A stretch of 52,305 nt of DNA, from IMG/VR virus record IMGVR_UViG_3300047481_000444, positions 1-52,305 of that record; one strand, given 5' to 3'. Below, one piece after another: positions 46,473-52,305 of this stretch; within the stretch, counting starts at the first letter, position 1; each line of letters opens with the position of its first letter. This DNA comes from a virus. Its lineage: Duplodnaviria; Caudoviricetes. Below the pieces are notes generated by a model, which saw only the letters and a list, made by a program, of their open reading frames with translations, had not been told where the DNA came from and did no database searches. A program made the translations under genes and the position numbers.

Positions 46473-46515
46473 GAGTGATCCTGCTTAAGAGCACTCATTC
46501 TCGCAAAATCGCCAC

Positions 46516-46618
46516 AGATGAGAATGATTCTCATTTGGGTTTTGGGGCCAATCATCATACCTTTGGGGCTGTGTATGACATCGACCTTCACCATCCCAAA
46601 TGAGAATCATTCTCATCT
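46516..46618. promoter_or_regulatory. pair of Fur-box-like palindromes forming a perfect 24-bp inverted repeat
   Basis: AGATGAGAATGATTCTCATTTGGG (46516-46539) and its exact reverse complement (46595-46618); core TGAGAATnATTCTCA is a 7-1-7 palindrome. Confidence 0.65.
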
Positions 46619-47113
46619 ACACAGCCTGCACCATCCATCGATACCACGCAAGTGATACCCATAGGGTATGTCACAGCCTAATGCGAATACGTTCGCATCT
46701 ACGTCATACGTCATGCGCCATGCACGCGCATACACGCGCACGCGAGGCTTCGACGAGCAAGCAACATCCATGCCATGCTGCGCTGCAACATCAATTCATC
46801 AGGGTAAACCCGATGCCGCTAAAACGCGTCAGAACCGCCTACAAGGCGTTTTCACCCCTTGCCCTATGTCACCCCTTCAAAAAAATACTTATGCGCTCCT
46901 GCGCGTTTTCGAGGGTAAACCCTAACGGAGCTGGCACAGGCTTTGCTTATGCGCCGTCATTACGTCAACGTATGCGCCCGCGCCTACACGCGCACGCCTA
47001 CGCACGCACGCAGGCCAGGAAGACCCTATGTTTTACTCGGGTTTATTAGCTGTGTTTAAATAACTCCATCGCAACAACGACACGCCGTCAACCCGGCCCC
47101 GAAAGGAAACAAA

Positions 47114-47323
47114 ATGACAAAATCTGAAATTGAAATCATCAGCACTATCCTTAATAGTGGATCATGCATTGTCTTGTGGAAGGATTTCAAGTATGTAGAC
47201 CGCTTGATAGAGATGTTCCCCCTCGTATATGAGGAAAAGACAGTGTGTGGCGTACCGGCAAGACTCGTCGGTATATCCGATCATGCCCGTAGGTTTATCG
47301 TCGCAAATAGTAAAGGCATCTAA
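47114..47323 (+). CDS. early hypothetical protein
   Basis: GAAAGGAAA RBS. Confidence 0.65.
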   Translation: MTKSEIEIISTILNSGSCIVLWKDFKYVDRLIEMFPLVYEEKTVCGVPARLVGISDHARRFIVANSKGI

Positions 47324-47399
47324 GGGTTTATCCTATAGGGCAGATGTTGCTCTGCCCCTTAGAATGAATCCCGTCAACCCACCCCGAAAGGAAAACACC
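47322..47399 (+). promoter_or_regulatory. early promoter/leader cassette
   Basis: AGGGTTTATCC - hairpin GGGCAGA/TCTGCCC - TAGAAT - N7 - GTCAAC - AAAGGA - ATG. Confidence 0.6.
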
Positions 47400-47600
47400 A
47401 TGAAGACACTCACAAAGCGCAACACTACTGAGATCGCTTCCCTTTATAACGCCATTTTTGTCAGCGAAAGCATGATGCGGAAAGCGTTTAAGAAAAACGA
47501 AACTTTGGATATGGATGCATATATGCTGTGGCGTGACTCCGCTCTTGACTGCGTCAAGACACTGAATGACAAATTCGGTATCAAAGTGATTGGATACTGA
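47400..47600 (+). CDS. early hypothetical protein
   Basis: GAAAGGAAA RBS; start at MKTLTK. Confidence 0.65.
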   Translation: MKTLTKRNTTEIASLYNAIFVSESMMRKAFKKNETLDMDAYMLWRDSALDCVKTLNDKFGIKVIGY

Positions 47601-47681
47601 TTAGGGTTTATCCCTATGGCATCGACTAGCATCGGTGCCCTATCATAAGCCCTTGTCAACCCACCAACCCTTGGAGCTACC
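47601..47681 (+). promoter_or_regulatory. early promoter/leader cassette
   Basis: AGGGTTTATCCC - hairpin GGCATCGA/TCGGTGCC - TATCAT - N8 - GTCAAC - GGAG - ATG. Confidence 0.6.
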
Positions 47682-48518
47682 ATGCTGAAAACATCGAAAC
47701 TGCGCGCATTCGCTGACACTGTCGCGAGCGGTTCCATCAACAATATCATCGATGCATTCGATTCGCTTTGCAGCGATGAAGCTTTCCAATCCATCGGGTG
47801 GAAGCAAAACTTCGATAAGCTTCGTGCGGTTTTGAACACCGGCATTCCACAATATTCTGTATTCACAATTGGCAATTCGAAGCTTCCGTTTATTTCCTTT
47901 TCTGTTCTGCCCGGTGTCACATGTCCCGGTGCCGGAGAGTGCCTCAAATTCTGCTACTCGTTTCGTGCATGGCGATACCCTGCGGCATTCATGCGTCAAT
48001 GTCAAAACACCATATTGATGCGGTTCAATCGAGACGCGATCACTAATGCATTGTCTAGCATCGTTTCCACCATGCCCGATGGGTTCGACATGCGCCTATA
48101 TGTCGATGGGGATTTTGCTTCGACATCGGATGTCGAATATTGGTTCAAATTGTTAAATCAAAACCCGACAATCCGCGCTTACGGATATTCCAAAAGCTTC
48201 GATGCCATCCTTGCCTATGCTGGTGCATGGCCAACTAATTATCAACTGAACATCAGCGGTGGACACAATTCCAACGATGCTACTGTCAATCGTGTAAAGG
48301 CTTTGCCCATTACTCGCGGTGAATTCATTGCAGTGTCGATTGGGCGCAAGATCAATTCCAAGGATCATGGAACCCCATCGGTCAATCGTGCCCTGCGTGA
48401 GACGTTCAAGATCAAGGCGTTTACTTGCCCGGGTAAGTGTGGATCATGCACCGGCAAAGGACATGCTTGCGGTATGCCATCCCTGAAGGGTTTGCCTATC
48501 ATCATTGCCATGCATTGA
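47682..48518 (+). CDS. Gp88-like Cys-rich protein (putative Fe-S or metal binding)
   Basis: GNSKLP...FS.LPG.TCPGAGECLKFCY, R.YVDGDF, YGYSKS, CPGKCGSC...HAC. Confidence 0.7.
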   Translation: MLKTSKLRAFADTVASGSINNIIDAFDSLCSDEAFQSIGWKQNFDKLRAVLNTGIPQYSVFTIGNSKLPFISFSVLPGVTCPGAGECLKFCYSFRAWRYPAAFMRQCQNTILMRFNRDAITNALSSIVSTMPDGFDMRLYVDGDFASTSDVEYWFKLLNQNPTIRAYGYSKSFDAILAYAGAWPTNYQLNISGGHNSNDATVNRVKALPITRGEFIAVSIGRKINSKDHGTPSVNRALRETFKIKAFTCPGKCGSCTGKGHACGMPSLKGLPIIIAMH

Positions 48519-48531
48519 CAAGGAAACCATC

Positions 48532-49013
48532 CAAACCCATCAGGGTTTGTCCTAATGACCTAGCCTATGCTGGATCATTAGAATAAATTCTGTCAACGTC
48601 AACGGTAAAGGAACCTATCATGATCAAGATCGTCACCATCGAAGCAACATATAACATCCCCGAGGATGACGAATATGTTGACGATAGTCCAATCGATGAG
48701 GATGTCATCAAGGATATACTAACGTTCACGGAACTTGTGAATCTCATGAAATCCTATTCTGAAGCATCCTGCTATCCTGCTAGTGGCAGTGTCAATGAAT
48801 GGTTAACGTTTAGCACGTCAAGCTACATTGATGGATCAATGACAGAATATTCTTTGCACTATGATAGGGACAATGCCGCACATAATAAAAAGTATTGGAC
48901 ACTTGCGATGAAAGCCGCAGGGTTTGTCAAATAACCCCATCACTCAAACCCATCAGGGTTTGTCCTAATGACCTAGCCCTGCTGGATCATTAGAATAAAT
49001 TCTGTCAACGTCA
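48532..49013 (+). repeat. two near-identical ~70-bp promoter cassettes (48532-48601 and 48945-49013) flanking one gene
   Basis: CAAACCCATCAGGGTTTGTCCTAATGACCTAGCC(TA/C)TGCTGGATCATTAGAATAAATTCTGTCAACGTCA. Confidence 0.9.
48620..48934 (+). CDS. early hypothetical protein
   Basis: AAAGGAA RBS after the cassette; acidic. Confidence 0.7.
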   Translation: MIKIVTIEATYNIPEDDEYVDDSPIDEDVIKDILTFTELVNLMKSYSEASCYPASGSVNEWLTFSTSSYIDGSMTEYSLHYDRDNAAHNKKYWTLAMKAAGFVK

Positions 49014-49029
49014 CCGAAAGGAAATCATC

Positions 49030-49272
49030 ATGATGAAATACATCAAAATTGGCAACATCGAATTAGGTGTTGATGGTAATGACACCTATTATCAAGTTTC
49101 TTCCAATGAAGACGCAGTGGATTATGATAGTGTCTTCAATGACGCAATGATCAAATTCTATGCTAATGGCAATGGTGCCGGATCATACTATTGCCATCAT
49201 TGCAGGGTGTTGCTGGACCCTTTGCATGACAATAAAGCAATTGTCATCGTGCAGCATAGGTATGATGTCTGA
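49030..49272 (+). CDS. early hypothetical protein
   Basis: AAAGGAA RBS after the cassette. Confidence 0.7.
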   Translation: MMKYIKIGNIELGVDGNDTYYQVSSNEDAVDYDSVFNDAMIKFYANGNGAGSYYCHHCRVLLDPLHDNKAIVIVQHRYDV

Positions 49273-49294
49273 TAACGTCAACAAAGGAAACACC

Positions 49295-49516
49295 ATGCGC
49301 TACCTTCCTTCCTTCGACATCTGGCAAGTGCCCACGGAATTGTTGTTTCATGCTCAACCCGGCCAATGGGTATATGCTGGTGACAAAGACAATAGGGGCA
49401 GATTCTTCGGCGTGAAGAAGTCGGGCACTGTTGTTGTTGCTTGGCGCAACAATGCTATCAACAGTAAAGCGCCGATGGAATACTATCGGTTCATGCGTAT
49501 GTACGCTAAGGGTTGA
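49295..49516 (+). CDS. early hypothetical protein
   Basis: GTCAAC-AAAGGAAA-ATG leader; QPGQWV...GRF.GV..SG.VV.AW. Confidence 0.7.
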   Translation: MRYLPSFDIWQVPTELLFHAQPGQWVYAGDKDNRGRFFGVKKSGTVVVAWRNNAINSKAPMEYYRFMRMYAKG

Positions 49517-49523
49517 AACCGCC

Positions 49524-49694
49524 ATGCAATATCTCAGCATCCTAATCGAGTCTGACGGCGACACCATCGACACCATCGAGCATGGTACAGATGATGCCAC
49601 TGCATCCCTCACCGCCTATGTCGCTGCTACGGGTTTCTCCCTAGTCCAGACATATTGGCAAGGGTCTACACTGACGGCCATCGTCACCATGTAA
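49524..49694 (+). CDS. early hypothetical protein
   Basis: Compact ORF between neighbours. Confidence 0.5.
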   Translation: MQYLSILIESDGDTIDTIEHGTDDATASLTAYVAATGFSLVQTYWQGSTLTAIVTM

Positions 49695-49698
49695 TGGA

Positions 49699-49911
49699 GT
49701 GCTAAAAATGATTGACAGAGAATACCTAAAATTGAAGGCGTCACGTTACACCATCCCCATGCTGCATGGTGCCATTGCAGATTGTCACCATACGCTGAAG
49801 ATTGGACAGTATCCCTATGAACATCCTTATGCTCAGAAATTGTGGGCAGAGATTGATGCCTGTAGGGATAGACTGAGGATGCTGACGAAGGGCAATAGCA
49901 TTCCCCAATGA
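49699..49911 (+). CDS. early hypothetical protein
   Basis: GGAG RBS; AIADCH.TL...Y..KLWAEIDA.RD. Confidence 0.6.
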   Translation: MLKMIDREYLKLKASRYTIPMLHGAIADCHHTLKIGQYPYEHPYAQKLWAEIDACRDRLRMLTKGNSIPQ

Positions 49912-50002
49912 CAATCCTGGGCTCGATAGCAACAATCAACTATCCAGCCCTCTGAAGTGATGTTCTAATAACTTCGTCGCAACAAACCAAGGATGAACGA
50001 CA

Positions 50003-50176
50003 ATGAAATGCAAACGCAATGGTGCCATGATCTTTTGGTCCTGTGGCGGCATTGGTGGCAGCGTCTACGCCACCAAAAACACCCGCATCTTCTGGAGCGA
50101 TGTTGTGGTGCCGACAATAGTGGGTGTCGGTGTCGGTCTGTTGACCTTCGCTGTTGTCGTCCACAGCGTCGGATGA
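50003..50176 (+). CDS. 57-aa membrane peptide, preferred over ORF 49993..50280
   Basis: MKCKRNGAMIFWSCGGIGGSVY...VVVPTIVGVGVGLLTFAVVVHSVG; AAGGA upstream. Confidence 0.5.
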   Translation: MKCKRNGAMIFWSCGGIGGSVYATKNTRIFWSDVVVPTIVGVGVGLLTFAVVVHSVG

Positions 50177-50237
50177 CACTGTTCTACCTCAGTGTTTCCA
50201 GAAGAGAACCTCTGTTTACAATGAAGGAGCCCTGTCA

Positions 50238-50312
50238 ATGCGCCTCGACGATATCCTCATCCTCCTCGCCGCTGGTGTAGTCACACTAGCTATTGTCTTC
50301 AACTGGATATAA
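50238..50312 (+). CDS. 24-aa single-TM peptide
   Basis: AAGGAG RBS; MRLDDILILLAAGVVTLAIVFNWI. Confidence 0.55.
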   Translation: MRLDDILILLAAGVVTLAIVFNWI

Positions 50313-50316
50313 CGCT

Positions 50317-50493
50317 ATGCATCGTCTTGTCTGGATCTTCAACAATGGTCATCGATGGGAACAGATGTTTTCTGATCCTGATGCAATGATGGCCTATCTC
50401 AACGGCAATGGGATGTTGTCTCATCCCGGCATCGTGTCTGTCTTCTCCACCTGCGACAATGTTCGCGTTTTCTATAAGGGTCTGTCATCGTGA
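50317..50493 (+). CDS. early hypothetical protein
   Basis: Starts just after the previous stop; GTGA coupling to the next gene. Confidence 0.55.
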   Translation: MHRLVWIFNNGHRWEQMFSDPDAMMAYLNGNGMLSHPGIVSVFSTCDNVRVFYKGLSS

Positions 50494-51326
50494 AGCAAAA
50501 CCTCATCTTCTCCCGCCGTGCCGACAATGGCATCATGTCCGCTGAAGACATCATGCAGCGTGCTCCGTCGGTGTTCGCTGAAGACAAGTCGGAGAGACTC
50601 ACCAGCCGCTATCATTCCCTCAACACATCGGACCTGCTGCCGGTGCTAGCCGACTACGGATACTTCCCTGTTCAAGCAGCGCAGAAGCGAGCCCGCAAGG
50701 GCGAGCAGCGCCATGCAGCGCATATGCTGGCGTTTGCGAAGGGCAACGCTGAGCAGGGCGAAGACCTGCGAAGTGAGATCATTGCCTACAATAGCCACGA
50801 CGGAACCTCTGGTGTTAAGCTGTTCGCTGGTGCCTATCGCTTCATCTGCTCGAATGGCATCATTGCAGGCGAAGGCTTCAAAGCCAATGTGCGTCACACT
50901 CATCGAGCAATGGCAGGCTTTGAAGAAATGTTGCAGGGCATCATCACTTCGCTGCCCAAGATGATGGACACTATTGCCGCGTTGCGTCAGCGGCGCATGG
51001 ACTACGATGAAGCAAAGGAGTTGGCAACGAAGGCTGTTCAGTTGCGTTGGGATTACATCGAGGGTGTCTATGTTCCTGATGACACACCGAAGGGCACCTA
51101 CGCCACCTTGTCCACCGTCCGTGATGCCATGTCATGCCAACGTCGTGAGGATGACGCCTTCGACGCCTGGACGGTGTTGAACCGAATTCAAGAAAATATT
51201 GTCCGTGGCAACGTCATGGTGCGTAGCATCACCGACCGCAGCCAAGGGGAGCGCAAGGCGCGACCCATTGCCAGCATCCAAGAACATGTTCGTGTCAATC
51301 AACAATTGTTTGATATGGTGGTGTGA
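50490..51326 (+). CDS. DUF932/DUF945-family protein
   Basis: APSVFA...RY....T, H..HML.F, I..YNSHDGTS...L.AG.YRF.C.NG.I, RREDD..D.WTV.NRIQEN..RG, VNQQLF. Confidence 0.85.
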   Translation: MKQNLIFSRRADNGIMSAEDIMQRAPSVFAEDKSERLTSRYHSLNTSDLLPVLADYGYFPVQAAQKRARKGEQRHAAHMLAFAKGNAEQGEDLRSEIIAYNSHDGTSGVKLFAGAYRFICSNGIIAGEGFKANVRHTHRAMAGFEEMLQGIITSLPKMMDTIAALRQRRMDYDEAKELATKAVQLRWDYIEGVYVPDDTPKGTYATLSTVRDAMSCQRREDDAFDAWTVLNRIQENIVRGNVMVRSITDRSQGERKARPIASIQEHVRVNQQLFDMVV

Positions 51327-51340
51327 AGAGGAGGAATGCA

Positions 51341-51571
51341 ATGACGACTCTCATTGACATTGAAAAGCACAAAGACATCCTCTCCGTGATGCAGGACGCC
51401 GTTGCCAGCCTCAACAGAGACAATGAAGAACTGAAGCATACATTGATGAGACTGTGTGCTATGGCAGACGGTCTCATCATCACCCCTGTCACTGCCTGTG
51501 AGCGCTATCTGCTCAGCACCATCAACGACATGGCTCGAATTGCAGGGAGTGCTGTCAATGACTATCAATGA
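51341..51571 (+). CDS. hypothetical protein
   Basis: GAGGAGG RBS; coiled coil. Confidence 0.6.
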   Translation: MTTLIDIEKHKDILSVMQDAVASLNRDNEELKHTLMRLCAMADGLIITPVTACERYLLSTINDMARIAGSAVNDYQ

Positions 51572-52007
51572 TGCTGTGCTGAGTTGTGGTCATCAAAGTG
51601 CTGGACACAACGCTGCTGTTGCAGGCTTTGACAGAGAAGGCAATAAGTGTGTGCGACATATGGTGCTGTGCAGCGATTGTCTGGAGCTGGAAAGACAATA
51701 TGGCAATTTGCTGTGCAGTGATGAAGAGATATTGACGTGGTTAAGGAGTAAGATGGAAAAAACTAACGCACTGCGGCTGGCTGATGATGTAGAACTCAAT
51801 CACAAATACTGTCCCATAGAGGTGCTACATGAAGCCGCCGCCGAACTGCGCCGGTTGCACGCCCAGCGCGATGCGCTGTTGGAGGCGTTGCGGAAGATCG
51901 GCAGGTACACCGGCGAAGGCCCGACAAACTTTCCGTGGCAGGACATCGTGGCTTACTTGGGGCAGACAGCCCGCGCCGCCATCGCTGCGGTGGAGGAAAC
52001 GAAATGA
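51558..52007 (+). CDS. hypothetical protein (two modules, probable internal start at 51753)
   Basis: Cys-rich N-half; internal AAGGAG-ATG; C-half ALRLAD...AAAELRRLH...LLEAL...ARAAIA. Confidence 0.55.
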   Translation: MTINDAVLSCGHQSAGHNAAVAGFDREGNKCVRHMVLCSDCLELERQYGNLLCSDEEILTWLRSKMEKTNALRLADDVELNHKYCPIEVLHEAAAELRRLHAQRDALLEALRKIGRYTGEGPTNFPWQDIVAYLGQTARAAIAAVEETK

Positions 52008-52305
52008 CCAAGATCACGATCGACCGCAGCGCCGCCCAGCAGGCGCTGGAGGCGTTGTTTGCCCTCCGCGCACTCATCCGCGACGACGCATTGGCCTGTT
52101 CGTGCCAGACGCTTGGTCAGTACCGAACGGCCCTGCTGCAAACCATTGATTGCGCCACCCTAGCGCAGCAGGATGAGCCGGTGCAGGAGCCGGTGGCGTG
52201 GAGATTCCGAGAGACGACGAGCAAGCCGTGGTCTATTTCAGAAGACGGCTATTACATCTCTTGCAAACGCGACAGTGGCTACATCATCGAGCCGCTCTAC
52301 ACCGC
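52004..52305 (+). CDS. hypothetical protein with EPVAW...PLY motif, truncated by the window end
   Basis: GGAGG RBS; MTKITIDRSAAQQALEAL...QEPVAW...EPLYT. Confidence 0.65.
   Translation, partial: MTKITIDRSAAQQALEALFALRALIRDDALACSCQTLGQYRTALLQTIDCATLAQQDEPVQEPVAWRFRETTSKPWSISEDGYYISCKRDSGYIIEPLYT

Noticed and set aside
45910-47049. ORFs in the terminal non-coding region
   Set aside because: No convincing RBS or protein-like composition; the region is better explained by binding sites and repeats
48532-49013. Direct repeats as a CRISPR array or attachment sites
   Set aside because: Only two ~70-bp copies separated by a whole gene; no cas or integrase gene; they contain promoter and leader features

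Overview
This window is most of a lytic, podovirus-like dsDNA phage genome. The host is probably a betaproteobacterium (inference only). Bases 1-11.1 kb (+) hold a T7-like replication and nucleotide module: primase-helicase, family A DNA polymerase, SSB, 5'-3' exonuclease, dATP/dGTP diphosphohydrolase, HNH, ThyX, MazG, class II RNR, PhoH, an Rmf-like peptide and two tRNA-like genes. Bases 11.1-45.0 kb (-) hold the late module: small basic proteins, terminase, portal, scaffold, major capsid, tail, fibre, lysis and ejection proteins. A ~2 kb non-coding region (AT-rich repeats, IHF sites, Fur-box-like palindromes, probable genome end) separates it from early genes (+, 47.1 kb onward) arranged as repeated promoter-hairpin cassettes. 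Most notable: (1) a 264-nt ORF-less group I intron splits the major capsid gene, next to a free-standing endonuclease whose leader forms an RBS-occluding pseudoknot; (2) a shared [FYMLW]-x-x-G-G-hydrophobic tag occurs 11 times across six unrelated late proteins; (3) a tRNA-like RNA lacks a normal D-arm; (4) host-regulator boxes and a candidate double-pseudoknot ncRNA cluster near the presumed genome end. All family assignments come from motif recognition by eye; no searches were run.
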